DNA of 64,000 nucleotides from the NCBI GenBank assembly GCA_963796965.1, contig CAWCNS010000009.1, positions 480,001 to 544,000 on the forward strand, given 5' to 3'. Of this stretch, positions 37,176 through 48,498 are shown in pieces (the first letter of the stretch is position 1; each line of letters starts with the position of its first letter). Source of the DNA: Calditrichia bacterium (GTDB lineage: Bacteria; Calditrichota; Calditrichia; JAJRVZ01). The position numbers and the translations under genes are program-made. The notes below the pieces were generated by a model. That model was not told where the DNA came from. It ran no database searches and was given only the letters and a program-made list of their open reading frames with translations.

Positions 37176-38624
37176 ATGAAATATTTTAGTACTCTCATCT
37201 TATTTGTCTCAGTATCCGTATTTCTAATTTCCTGCAACCTGTCCCAGCCTGACGGTGAAATGACGATTACTACTAATTCAGCTGAAGCGCGGGAATTATT
37301 TTTACAAGCCAGAGAAAAATTCCATAATGTGGAGTTTGTCGCTGCCGGGGAGCTGCTTGATAAAGCTATTGCCATGGATCCCAACTTTGCTCTGGCTTAT
37401 CTTTATCGCTCCCTCATTGTCGGGGATTTGAATGAGAGCCGCAACTATCTTGGCAAAGCCCTGGCATTAAGGGATCAGATCAGCGAAGGAGAAGCAGAGT
37501 ACATCCTGTACTATCAGGCCCTGCTTGATGGCAATGGTGCCAAACAAAAAGCCCAGTTGCAGAAACTTGAACAACTGCTTCCCAATGACCCTTACGTCTT
37601 GCTTCAATACGGTGTTTACTATTATGCCTTTAAAAATGATTACAATCTAGCCCTACCCTATTTCAACAAAGTGATACAAATTAAAGCGGAATATGGCCCG
37701 GCCTATAATTTAATCGGATATAATCAGATTCAACTGGGTAATTATGAAGCGGCGGAATCAGCCTTTAAAAAATATATCGAAGTTGCCCCCACCAGTCCCA
37801 ATCCCTACGATTCATACGCGGAACTGCTTTTAACCCTGGGAAAATATGATCAGTCGATTAAAAATTACCAGAAGGCCTTTGATACGGATAATAAATTTGC
37901 TATAGCGCTTACCGGTATTGGAAATAATTTTGCCATGAAAGGTGAATTTGATAAAGCCCGGGAATATTTTTATAAAGCCCATGATAAAGCCGGTCGGGTC
38001 AATGATAAATTTGCTGCTCTTTCCCTGGTAATTAGTTCCTATGTGGAAGAAGGACAGCTGGATAGCGCTGTTGAACTTTGTGAACAACGTTTGGAAATGG
38101 CCAAAGAAAGGGACCTGACCGATTATCAAATTAGCAGCATGAATATGGCAGCCTTTATTATGCGTGAAAACGGCGATCTTGAGAAAGCACAGGAATATTA
38201 TGATTATGTGGCCGCCTTAGTGGAGACCGCCGAAATGATGGAAGCTGACCGTAATGGCTATCGTCTAATGGTTGGCTGGAATAAGTGCACCATGCTGGCA
38301 GCTCAAAACAGGTTAGAGGAAGCTACCGTTGAAGCCACCAACTGTCTTAAACTAGCCGAGCAACGAGGGGACCCTAATGGTTTACAGAATGCCTATGGAC
38401 AAATGGGAAGACTAGCCAACTATAAGGGCGATTATCAAAAGGCTTTAGACAACCTGCAAAAGGCTGATCCAGCTAGTCCTTATAACTGGTATCAGATGGG
38501 CCTGGCTTATGAAGGTCAAAACTTACCTGATAAAGCCAGCGAATGGTTTAAACGTGTCGCTGATGACAATGAACTGCGCCTCGATTTAGCCCTTGTTAGG
38601 CAGAAGGCAAAAAATAAATTATAA
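37176..38624 (+). CDS. Tetratricopeptide-repeat lipoprotein
   Basis: Lipobox LISC; AIAMDPNFALAY, PNPYDSYAE and further TPR units. Confidence 0.88.
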   Translation: MKYFSTLILFVSVSVFLISCNLSQPDGEMTITTNSAEARELFLQAREKFHNVEFVAAGELLDKAIAMDPNFALAYLYRSLIVGDLNESRNYLGKALALRDQISEGEAEYILYYQALLDGNGAKQKAQLQKLEQLLPNDPYVLLQYGVYYYAFKNDYNLALPYFNKVIQIKAEYGPAYNLIGYNQIQLGNYEAAESAFKKYIEVAPTSPNPYDSYAELLLTLGKYDQSIKNYQKAFDTDNKFAIALTGIGNNFAMKGEFDKAREYFYKAHDKAGRVNDKFAALSLVISSYVEEGQLDSAVELCEQRLEMAKERDLTDYQISSMNMAAFIMRENGDLEKAQEYYDYVAALVETAEMMEADRNGYRLMVGWNKCTMLAAQNRLEEATVEATNCLKLAEQRGDPNGLQNAYGQMGRLANYKGDYQKALDNLQKADPASPYNWYQMGLAYEGQNLPDKASEWFKRVADDNELRLDLALVRQKAKNKL

Positions 38625-38749
38625 GTAACACATAACCATTCAAAACGGAGATATTATTTAAAAACTTTTCTACCTGGATAAAACTCAGATGATTGTGGCC
38701 CTGATTTTTGTGAGGACAGGATTCTTAAAATTAAGTAATTGCGATTTAA

Positions 38750-39153
38750 TCATTGCCATTTCCCAGCTCTCTTGTATGTCATGCCCTTCCAACCACTTCT
38801 CCAATTCGGATTCCTAATCACTTCGTGCCATGGCATCGAGTCCAGCTGGTTGTTTAGCTCTTTGGTTAATTTGCAGCTTAAACGAATCAAAAATATTTCT
38901 TTGCTCTTCACTAAGTTGCAATTAACCCAACCGCTATTGAATTTTTGCAATTTCTGAACATTATCTATAAGTCGTTTCGACCCCCGTAGAGCAGCAGTAG
39001 CCGGATTGTTTAATTCATGAACCATTCCGGCGCTTAAACTGCATACCAATAATGCGATTGCCTTAACTGCCCGGAAAGAAGTGCTGATATGGATGCGAAT
39101 AATCCCCAGATAATTACGGCACTCCCGTTAATATAACCACCCAATGAAACCAT
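38750..39153 (-). pseudogene. Remnant of a sensor histidine kinase gene
   Basis: LSAGMVHELNNPATAA H-box; another frame reads LDAMARSD*ESELEKWLE with an in-frame TAG; no HATPase domain. Confidence 0.6.
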
Positions 39154-39259
39154 TAAAAAAAATCACATCATCATGCGATGGTGATCTTGATTTCTCTTTA
39201 TTATATTCATTTTGAACACTCCAAGATTTAACCAACCACCAATAAAAAGGAAATGAAAG

Positions 39260-40279
39260 ATGAAAAAGTTTACTTCCCTTGTAACCCTCACATTTTTATT
39301 TATTTTGTTACTTGTTCCCTTAAAAGGACAGACCCTGTTTGAAGAGAATTTTGATTATACTACTGGCGATTCCTTGCCTGGTCATGGCTGGACCCAGATC
39401 CGGAATGGTGAAAAAATAAAAGTTGTCGACGAGGGATTGTTTTTTCCCGGATATCTTGATGATATTGGCAATGCGGCAAGATTGGTATCCACTGCCAATC
39501 AAGAGGTTCGACAAACTTTTCCAGTGGTCTCCTCCGACAGTCTTTACATCTCATATCTTATTAATGTAAAAGATGACACATCATCCTGGGCTATCTATCT
39601 ATATATAGGACCTCCCGATGTTGGTATTTTTCAGCGAAATATATCTGCCTATATCTCAAAAAATGAAGAAGATAAGATCGCCTTTGGTGTTCTCAAGAAC
39701 GGTGGTATTAGCACGACATCCTTTGACTATGAATTGAATACCACTTATCTGATTTTACTAAAATATACTTTTAACCCGGGTGAAGAGGATGATGTCGTAT
39801 CATTGTGGGTTAACCCTCCTCTTAACGGTTTAGAAACTCAACCAGATGCTTCTTCTTCAAATGGTTCAGATGCGGATAGTCTGGGCGGAATAGTCCTCTC
39901 TCAAATTACAGCCTCGAATTTCCCGCCAGATGCGCTTATCGATGGGGTAAGAATAACAAAGACCTGGGCGGATTTACCACTGTCGATTGAAATCTCTAAC
40001 AGGATGCCTTTGGAAGCATTTTCTCTGGCACAGAATTATCCCAATCCGTTTAATCCCTCTACACTGATCAGTTACCAATTAGCAATTACCAATTTCGTTG
40101 AACTGAGTATTTTTAATTCCTTGGGTCAAAAGGTAACAACTTTAGTAAATGCAAAACAACCAGCAGGAACTTATAATGTAGAATGGAACGCCAGTGGATT
40201 TGCCAGTGGTATTTATTATTATCGATTACATACCAATGACGGATTTGTTCAGACTAAGAAACTTGTATTGCTGAAGTAG
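39260..40279 (+). CDS. Secreted protein (jelly-roll-like domain) with T9SS-type CTD
   Basis: Signal peptide [34 protein letters not shown]. Confidence 0.85.
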   Translation: MKKFTSLVTLTFLFILLLVPLKGQTLFEENFDYTTGDSLPGHGWTQIRNGEKIKVVDEGLFFPGYLDDIGNAARLVSTANQEVRQTFPVVSSDSLYISYLINVKDDTSSWAIYLYIGPPDVGIFQRNISAYISKNEEDKIAFGVLKNGGISTTSFDYELNTTYLILLKYTFNPGEEDDVVSLWVNPPLNGLETQPDASSSNGSDADSLGGIVLSQITASNFPPDALIDGVRITKTWADLPLSIEISNRMPLEAFSLAQNYPNPFNPSTLISYQLAITNFVELSIFNSLGQKVTTLVNAKQPAGTYNVEWNASGFASGIYYYRLHTNDGFVQTKKLVLLK

Positions 40280-40400
40280 TATCATATGATCAACCTATAA
40301 ATAATTTATTTGATCACACTAAATCTGTTTTTGCATGACTGGTGCAAAGTGACCATATCTGATAATTCAAAAATTGCTGTTTATTAAAGGAGGACGAACA

Positions 40401-42673
40401 ATGGGACGAAAAACGTACATTAAAGTGATAATTTTTATCTCTGTCGTCATTCATTTTTCTATGCAATCTCAACCCGTTTATGCACAAAATTATAATGAAG
40501 TTAATGTATATGGCTGGGGAGAAGCGATCAATGAAGCGGCACCGGCATTTCTCGATATTGATCATGATGGCTATATGGATATGCTGGTCGGAAACAAGTT
40601 CTGGTACCATCTGGCATTATGAACAAACCAGCGGCGATGAATTTGCTTTGATAACACAAGAATTTAGCAATATTGACGTGCAAAGTGAATCTATGCCTGC
40701 CTTTGCTTATATCGATGGTGACAGTCTAATCGATTTAGTGGTTGGATCGAATGGCAATCTGAGTTTATATGAACAAGAAAGTGAGGGGAGCTTATAATTT
40801 TATTGAAATCACAAGAGACATGAAAGAAGGAAGTATTGGAGCGCATTTATCTCCCACCCTCGCTGATTTTAATAATGACGGCTTTATGGATATGCTTGTG
40901 GGCCATAGCAATGGTGTGCTCATCCACTTTGTCCAGGATACAATTAACACCTTTTCTTTTAGTATGGTTGATCCATTATGGATGGATTGGGATGGCGGAA
41001 CTTATTCTGCTCCGACCTTTACAGATCTGGGTAATGATGGCATATTTGATTTGATTGTAGGCACACCCAATGGTCAACTTTATCATCTTATTCAGGATAG
41101 CCTTCATGCACCTGGTTTTACAGAAGTGTCAAATAATTTTGCTGATATTGATGTAGGGCAATCTGCCAAACCTGCTTTTGTTGAATTGGACAATGATGAT
41201 AAGCTTGACCTGATGCTAGGGGAATGGTATAAAGGGCTTGTTCATTACGAGCAAATCGCCCCGGGATCAGAGATTTATCAGGTTCTAAATGAAGATGTAA
41301 TAGGTGTGAGAGATTTTGGCGCCAAAAACGGATATGCTGTTGCGGATATTGATAATGATGGTTTACTGGATATGCTGGTCGCCACCCATTTCGGCCCTGA
41401 CAATGCGCCTATCAATCATTTTGAACAAAATGCCCAGGGAGATCTGCTATTCAACTTAATCGAAGAGCGCTTTAATGATATCGGTGTTGGCCAATATAAC
41501 CGCCTGACACTTTATGATATTAATGGAAATGGACTACTGGATCTCATTATTGGGGATGTTTATGGTAAAAATTCCCGCTATGAACAGGCTGAGGTAAACT
41601 CCTATTCATTTATATTGATGGAGGATCATTTTAATGCTCCCATGCAAACAAGACAGCCTCCCAATTTGGTTTTTGAAGATATTGATAGCGACGGACTTCT
41701 GGATATGCTTGTCGGGGGCGGCTGGGGTACGACCTCTCATTACGAACAGGACAGTGTTAATGCCGTGACATTCACAGAAAAAACAAATCGTTTTGCAAAT
41801 CTAGATGTAGGGTACAATGCATCGCCAACATTTACAGATCTTGATGATGATGGTTTATTAGATTTAATGATTGGCGCCCTTTATGGTGACGTATACCATC
41901 TTGAGCAGGATTCTGTTGATTCGGAAACCTTTACATTAATAACGAACGAGTTTGCTTCCGTATCTGTGCTTCAGGATGCGCTTCCCCACTTTGTTGATGT
42001 AAATCTTGATGGAAACACAGACCTGATTTTCGGCAGCTATTCTGGCGGAATAAAACTTTTTCTCCGTACTGATGATGAAGATCTCAAACCACCTAAAGCA
42101 CCCGAAAACTTGGTAGCAACTATCGATGGTGAATCCGTTGATCTTGTATGGTCACAGTCATCAGACATTGATTTAATGCTTTACAACATTTACCGTAGTA
42201 CACGACATGATACAACTACTGCTGAATATATCAACTCTACGCCTGTCGGAATAACCACTTACCAGGATTCCAGTTTGCAACTGAGCAATGTTTATTATTA
42301 TTGGATCACAGCTCTTGACAGCATTGGAAACGAGAGTGCCTTCAGCCAGTCAGATAGTGTAGATATTGAAGTTGTTTCATCTTTTGATCAGCCTCGTATT
42401 CAGGTGAAAAAATTCCATTTACAACAAAACTATCCAAATCCTTTTAATCCAATAACAACCATCAATTACGAATTACCAATTACAAATTACGTTGATCTAA
42501 GTATTTATAATCTTCTTGGTCAAAAGGTTGTGACCTTGGTATCAGGAAGAAAAGCAGCCGGTACTTATAATGTGGAATGGGATGCCTCTGCCTTTCCGAG
42601 TGGGATATATATATATAGGTTAATGTCTGACAAGGGTTATGTGGAAAGTAAGAAACTTATTCTACTGAAATAA
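40401..42673 (+). CDS. Secreted FG-GAP/VCBS-repeat protein with FN3 and T9SS-type CTD (frameshifted)
   Basis: Repeated P.F.D.D.DG..D..VG units; PPKAPENL...[21 protein letters not shown]. Confidence 0.88.
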
Positions 42674-42681
42674 TAATTTAA

Positions 42682-42809
42682 CCGCAAAGACGCAGAGGAG
42701 GCGCAAAGTTATTTAATAAAATATAAAGAAAAAACTAAGAATATATAAAACCAATTAAATCTTAAGATTACTGTGGTGTTGTCGGAGAGACGCAGCACTC
42801 TACGTCTCT
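42682..42809. repeat. CGCAAAGACGC-type repeat plus an AGAGACG..CGTCTCT REP-like hairpin
   Basis: ccgcaaagacgcagaggaggcgcaaag; agagacgcagcactctacgtctct (42786-42809). Confidence 0.65.
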
Positions 42810-42842
42810 TCCGTCAACATCTCAAATAAAAAATTTTAATAA

Positions 42843-43121
42843 TTATTTTTTCATCGCATTTTTTACAAATCCTACAATAGCCAGAAGAACACCACCTCCG
42901 ACACCCGATCCCACAATGTTACCAATAATACTACCAATATCAAGTCCTCCCTGGCTGGTCATAACGCCGAGAGCACTTAATATCTGGCCACCAAGACCTC
43001 CACCAATAATACCAACCACTGAATTCCAAAGCGTACCCAGACTCAGTTTTTTCAATAATCCGCCAGCAAGATTGCCACCTATCGCACCACCAATCAAATC
43101 AATAAGTAAAGCTTCCATCAT
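42843..43121 (-). CDS. Small glycine-rich membrane protein
   Basis: GGAIGGNLAG..SLG.LWNSVVGIIGGGLGGQIL; GGGAGG RBS. Confidence 0.8.
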   Translation of the reverse strand: MMEALLIDLIGGAIGGNLAGGLLKKLSLGTLWNSVVGIIGGGLGGQILSALGVMTSQGGLDIGSIIGNIVGSGVGGGVLLAIVGFVKNAMKK

Positions 43122-43354
43122 TAAATCCCTCCCATTTTAATTAATACGGCAGTAAATATTTTAATCCACTGCCTATTGCTTATGTATTTAATCTTTGAAA
43201 ACTAAAGAATCAACTATTCTTTAAATAATCTAATCATAGAAAATGTCATTGAGGAAATAAGTCAGGATAAATTTAGATAATGATGGTGTACTTCATAAGA
43301 ATTCTCGTAAAAATCTTTTAAATTATAATTTTTTTTTCAGATTTAAATTTATAA

Positions 43355-43381
43355 TAGGTACGCGATTAATCGCGTACCTAC
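43355..43381. repeat. REP-like palindrome ending in CTAC (GTAG on minus strand)
   Basis: taggtacgcgattaatcgcgtacctac; same core as 5815-5834. Confidence 0.8.
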
Positions 43382-43452
43382 ATGGTCGATCGTTAATGGA
43401 ACAATCCTAAAAAAGTTTGGCTTTCGGGCTTTCTACCTTATAAAAATCATTT

Positions 43453-44136
43453 CTACAATCTCCCGCGTTCCCAAGCATTAGTAAGAATTTGCAGGTATTG
43501 CTGTTCGGTTAGTTTTACAGGCACATACTCTATCCCCTGACGGGAAAGATTTTTTACAAAAGCCCGCAAGTGATTACGTGAGCCTTTTAGCAAGTTATTA
43601 TATACCATGGTAATATCTTCATTATCCACATGCTCATCCAACTCTTTTTGAATATCCAGAATATCGATTTCCTCAATTAGAGCCCCGACTTTAAGTGCTT
43701 CGACAAGGGACACACTGCCCTGCTCGATCAATGTGTTAAAGAGATCTTGCAAAATTTCATTTTTAAAAACACCAAGACTATCAACTTCAACCGGATCGGG
43801 AATTTCATATTTAACCAGTAAATATCTTATGGCATCCGTATGTGTTTGCTCACTTCCCGAAATATTTATAAAAACGCGCTTACCCCAATTTTCATATAAG
43901 GTAAGATAAACATCACGGGCAAGTTTTTCCTCTTCTCGCATAAAAACAAGTCCGTCCATTTCTTCCAAATTTACTTCTTCAAACGGCAACTCATTGATAG
44001 ATTCGGCTGTAATAAACTGATCGGATAATGTGTCAGAAGACTCTGCTTCCACTGAATTGGCACAACCCGTAAAATTAAATGATCCCAGGATAAATCCTGT
44101 TAATAAAATTGATAATTTATATTTAGTGCTATTCAT
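43453..44136 (-). CDS. DUF2202 (ferritin-like) lipoprotein
   Basis: MREEEKLARDVY, SEQTH, IEEIDI.D, GSRNHLRAF; lipobox FTGC. Confidence 0.88.
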   Translation of the reverse strand: MNSTKYKLSILLTGFILGSFNFTGCANSVEAESSDTLSDQFITAESINELPFEEVNLEEMDGLVFMREEEKLARDVYLTLYENWGKRVFINISGSEQTHTDAIRYLLVKYEIPDPVEVDSLGVFKNEILQDLFNTLIEQGSVSLVEALKVGALIEEIDILDIQKELDEHVDNEDITMVYNNLLKGSRNHLRAFVKNLSRQGIEYVPVKLTEQQYLQILTNAWERGRL

Positions 44137-44170
44137 TATCTATTCCCCCTGTTTTTAACGCTTTGATGAT

Positions 44171-44200
44171 AAAACCGGCCATATGCATGACCGGTTTATT
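44171..44200 (-). terminator. Terminator/attenuator-like hairpin between the two minus-strand genes
   Basis: aaaaccgg-ccatatgcatga-ccggttt. Confidence 0.5.
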
Positions 44201-44235
44201 CCATCGTTTAGACTAATTATTTTTTTCCACCTTGT

Positions 44236-44715
44236 TTACGCGCTTCCCTTGCGACCCATACCGTCACAATCGCCAGTCCCCGTCCCCATTCCGGAACCAT
44301 TGCCCTCGCCTTTCATACTTTTTCCATTGCCTTGTCCGGATTTATTCATGCGTCCGCTTCCATCCTGAGGGCGAACGTAATCAGCATCCTGGCCGTTTGG
44401 AATACCATCGCCATCACTATCAATCGCATTATCGTTTATGCCGTCACCATCTGCATCGACAAAACCTTTGGCGTTGTTACCTTTACGCGCTTTTTCACCT
44501 TCATAGTCCCCATCCCTATCGTTAGGGATACCATCACCGTTCTCATCGACGAAGCCGGTTCTATTTTGTCCCTTCGTTTGTGCATGGTCAACATTTTTGG
44601 TTTGATTTTTATAGTGGTTTTGCTCTTTATTCTGCACTGTTTCAGAATCCTGAGCAAACAGGCTACCTGTCAAAAAGACAGCGACCAAACTGAAAATAAT
44701 CATTAAATGCTTCAT
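44236..44715 (-). CDS. Small secreted low-complexity protein with D-x-D/N-GDG Ca-binding-like repeats
   Basis: Signal peptide LFA-Q; FVDENGDGIP, FVDADGDGIND, DSDGDGIPN; G-rich tail GDCDG. Confidence 0.8.
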   Translation of the reverse strand: MKHLMIIFSLVAVFLTGSLFAQDSETVQNKEQNHYKNQTKNVDHAQTKGQNRTGFVDENGDGIPNDRDGDYEGEKARKGNNAKGFVDADGDGINDNAIDSDGDGIPNGQDADYVRPQDGSGRMNKSGQGNGKSMKGEGNGSGMGTGTGDCDGMGRKGSA

Positions 44716-44766
44716 CTTAATTCTCCTCTTGTTTTGGTTAATGTTTTCATACTTGCTGTTGATGGT

Positions 44767-44783
44767 TACAAACGGTGTGCCAA
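44767..44783 (-). promoter_or_regulatory. Putative sigma-54 (-24/-12) promoter
   Basis: Minus strand TTGGCACACCGTTTGTA vs consensus TGGCAC-N5-TTGC, about 50 nt upstream of ATG 44715. Confidence 0.6.
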
Positions 44784-44977
44784 AGAATATTTAGGTCGGG
44801 TAATTACTTGTTTTATAAGATGATAAAAGCGGGGAGGATAAATTGATCTATAGGCTCAATTCGACTAATCAGGCGATTAACAGTACATATAAGGCGAATT
44901 TAATATGGGCGAGTTAGGCTATTGCTGTCGAAAACTTTGTTATTTTAGCAAAATTTTTACTCACTGAGAATTCTTTT

Positions 44978-45113
44978 ACCTCGCAGAGCCGCAGAGTCGC
45001 AAAGGTTTATTATTAAAATGATTTATGTCAATGTTGTGTAATTTGACTTAAAATAAAATCTCTTTTTTAAAATTTTAAAAATTTTTTTCTGCGTCTTTGC
45101 GTCTCCGCGAGAG
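44978..45113. repeat. Inverted pair of CGCAGAG/CGCAAAG-type repeats
   Basis: ctcgcagagccgcagagtcgcaaag ... ctgcgtctttgcgtctccgcgag. Confidence 0.7.
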
Positions 45114-45200
45114 ATATTTGTAACTAGATTCAGATTTATTAAATTTTTTATTTGCGGCATCGTTGCGTTATGGGTAATTAGGTTAGAAAATCAATAGAAG

Positions 45201-45416
45201 TTAAATTACATTATATTGACTATATGCAGGACAAAATTCCCAGTTGAAGGAATGTTCTTCGGAGGGTAAATATACTTTGCAGTCCAATTTTTGATCACAT
45301 TCGATCATCGTATACGTCTTGTCTGTATTTTCAGCTCTGAAATACAGAACCAGACTGCAAGATGTCTTCTTGCGGGGACAAAAATAGTGAAGTTGTTCAA
45401 TGCCTACACTTGCCAT
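45201..45416 (-). CDS. Small Cys-containing hypothetical protein (71 aa)
   Basis: FCP...C...C-x5-C...CPAY pattern; fills an otherwise empty gap; weak RBS. Confidence 0.45.
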   Translation of the reverse strand: MASVGIEQLHYFCPRKKTSCSLVLYFRAENTDKTYTMIECDQKLDCKVYLPSEEHSFNWEFCPAYSQYNVI

Positions 45417-45473
45417 GCTTTAATATATGATATGTGATTAATCTCCGCAATATTACTCAGCGCTATTCTTTCT

Positions 45474-45523
45474 TTGGGATTTGGGATTTGGGATTTGGGA
45501 TTTGGGATTTGGGATTTGGGATT
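45474..45523 (+). repeat. Perfect heptamer microsatellite (TTGGGAT)x7
   Basis: Direct reading. Confidence 0.95.
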
Positions 45524-45681
45524 TCTAAAGTTTTTCTCTCCACTTTTTTTAGTCAAGTCTTTTTTTTAATTTTTCATTGCCAATAATCAATCTTCAAATA
45601 ACAAGATCCAGGCAGGGAGTGCCCAAATTCTCTATTGTTGCTAGTTGAAATAATTTTGTAAATTAGGATAGAAAAATGTAA

Positions 45682-46936
45682 GTGAGAACCATGAAGAATT
45701 TACTTTCCCTGTCCAAAGACAAAATAAAAATTGTTCTACTTGAAAATATTCACCAACAGGCCACAGAAATTTTTAAGCAAAATGGCTATACAAATATTGA
45801 AACCTCTGGTGAGGCCTTTGACGCAACGAACACGATTAAAAGTATTAGAAATGCCCATATAATCGGTATTCGTTCTGGTACAATTCTTGATCAGAAAATA
45901 CTTGGCCAAGCATCAAAACTCATTGCTATCGGTTGTTTTTGTATCGGGACTGATCAGGTAGATTTATCCGCTGCGGGCCGATTAGGTATACCTGTTTTTA
46001 ATGCCCCTCATTCCAATACCCGCTCTGTTGCTGAATTGGTTATTGGTTTGTCAATCATGTTAATGCGTGGGATATTTCCAAAAAGTAAAGCCGCCCATAA
46101 TCATACATGGATAAAATCTACCTCTGGCAGTAATGAACTTCGTGGTAAAACTATAGGTATCATTGGCCATGGACACATCGGATCTCAGGTTTCCATATTG
46201 GCTGAAGCGCTCGGAATGCGTGTCGTTTATTTTGATATACGTACACGACTTCCTCTGGGAAATGCCTGTCAGGTTAATAGTCTGGAAGATCTTTTAGTCG
46301 CCTCAGATATCATAACTTTGCATGTTCCGGAAGATGAATCTACCATTAATATGCTGGGTGCAAAAGAGCTGGCATTATTAAAAAACGATGCCTGTCTGAT
46401 CAACGCCAGCAGAGGTAGGGTTGTTGACCTTGAAGCCCTAAGTAATAGTTTAAAAGCAGGTAAAGTCCGTGGTGCAGCCATTGATGTTTTTCCACAGGAG
46501 CCGGGTTCAAAACAGGAAAAATTTGAATCTCCTTTAATCGGATTGGAAAATGTAATCCTTACGCCCCATATTGGTGGCTCAACCCAGGAAGCCCAGAAAA
46601 ATATTGGGAGTGAAGTGGCTGGCAAAATTAGTTAATTTCAGCGATCTCGGAAATTCTGAAGGCGCTGTAAATTTTCCTAATGTTAATTTAAGACCAAATA
46701 TAAAAGCGACACGTATGCTGCATATCCATGAAAATCATCCTGGTCTTCTCAAATTTATAAATGCCATCATCGCCAACCGAGGCATCAATGTTATCGGACA
46801 ATATCTTGAGACACGAAATGAGATTGGCTATGTGGTGTTAGACATTGAACCATTCAAATCAAGAAAAGAATCAAACGAATTGCGAACAGCCCTGGCAGAA
46901 ATACAAGGGACAATAAGAACCAGAATTCTTTACTAA
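45682..46936 (+). CDS. serA: D-3-phosphoglycerate dehydrogenase with C-terminal ACT domain (one frameshift)
   Basis: GCFCIGTDQVD, FNAP.SNTRSVAE, G.GHIG, INASRG, TPHIGGST.EAQ, H.N.PG ACT domain. Confidence 0.93.
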
Positions 46937-47264
46937 TTATTTAAATGATGAGATTAGCGTTCCGGATAAACATGTCCAAGTTTTGACCTCCTTATTACTA
47001 TGCTCATTATATCCTTGCGATTCCGTCCCACCTTGATTAAGTTAGAGCATTGCAGATCTTTAATCCGACTGATCTGACAGCGGTTATAATAAGTATTAAC
47101 CTGATTCTACTGGTTAATTTCAAGCATTAATATTTCAATCGTCCTGAGTTATCAGTATTATCCAGCGATTTGTTGACCTATAATTGCATCAGAGACAAAT
47201 CATTAAATTACTATCATTAGATCTTCATTATATCAGACTAAGACAGATATAAGGAAGTAGCAGA

Positions 47265-48395
47265 ATGATAGATCTTCATGAACATGCCGATCTATTGCAA
47301 TCTCTAAATCAGAATATTTCTCTGAATGATAAGTTAAAAGCCATTCATAAAGCTATAAAAAATTACTATGATTTTATTGAACGTATCGCTGTCGCCTTGT
47401 ATGAGGATCAATCAAGTACGATTAAAACCTTTCTCGCCAGTTGCGATAGATCAAATCCATTAATTCACTATGAAACAAATATTAGGAATGCCCCGTCTTT
47501 AAAAGAGATATGTGAGGACCACCACCCCCGCGTTGTAAATGATCTGGATATTTTTGGTCAGGGTACACATGAACATACTGTAAGGATTAATGAGGAAGGG
47601 TATCAGGCCAGTTACACATTACCGATATATAATAATAAATCATGTATTGGTTTTGTCTTCTTCAATTCTTCACAGAAAAATTGCTTTACCGCAGAAGTAT
47701 TAGATTGTATTGATATCTTTGCCCATCTGGTATCGAATGTTGTCAAGAATGATATAAATACCATAAAAACAATGCTTGCTGCCTTAAGGACTGCCAATAA
47801 AATGGTTCATCTTAAGGATCCCGAGACAGGCAGCCATCTGGAACGTATGGCACATTTTTCAAGGTTAATTGCAAAAGAACTTTCCTATTCTAAAAAATAT
47901 GCTTTTAACGATGAGTTTATTGAAGATATTTTTATATTTGCCCCAATGCATGATGTCGGAAAGATTGGGATTCCTGACGAAGTGTTAAAAAAACCGGCGA
48001 AATTGAACAAAGATGAGTGGCGAACCATGCAAACCCACGCTTATAAAGGTCGTATGGTTATTAATACAATTATCGAAAATTTTGAATTTGAGACGATCGC
48101 AAATATAAATGTTTTGAGAAACATTGCCGAATATCACCATGAAGCACTCAATGGTAATGGATATCCGCATGGTATGAAAGGTAAAAATATTCCTATTGAA
48201 GCCCGAATCGTTGCCGTTGCTGATGTTTTTGATGCTCTTACCAGTAAACGACCTTATAAAAAAGCGTGGAGTAATTCGGAAGCCTTTAAAACCCTGAAAA
48301 AACTTGCCAATGATGTTCTTGATCAGGATTGTGTCAACGCCTTGCTACTTAACCAAACAAAAGTTACTGAAATTCAAGGCCTTTTCCGGGATTGA
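47265..48395 (+). CDS. GAF plus HD-GYP domain c-di-GMP phosphodiesterase-like protein
   Basis: D.ETG.H, HDVGKIG, HHE...G.GYP, VADVFDALTS.RPYK. Confidence 0.9.
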   Translation: MIDLHEHADLLQSLNQNISLNDKLKAIHKAIKNYYDFIERIAVALYEDQSSTIKTFLASCDRSNPLIHYETNIRNAPSLKEICEDHHPRVVNDLDIFGQGTHEHTVRINEEGYQASYTLPIYNNKSCIGFVFFNSSQKNCFTAEVLDCIDIFAHLVSNVVKNDINTIKTMLAALRTANKMVHLKDPETGSHLERMAHFSRLIAKELSYSKKYAFNDEFIEDIFIFAPMHDVGKIGIPDEVLKKPAKLNKDEWRTMQTHAYKGRMVINTIIENFEFETIANINVLRNIAEYHHEALNGNGYPHGMKGKNIPIEARIVAVADVFDALTSKRPYKKAWSNSEAFKTLKKLANDVLDQDCVNALLLNQTKVTEIQGLFRD

Positions 48396-48498
48396 TAGTT
48401 TTCGATTGATTTTTCGCAACCTCTCTTTACACGGAACATTTAATCTGTATCTTTGGTTTAATCTCCCCAAAGTATAAATCACTTTAAAATATATTATT

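Noticed and set aside
46940..47264. c-di-GMP riboswitch upstream of the HD-GYP gene
   Set aside because: No recognisable class I or II consensus.
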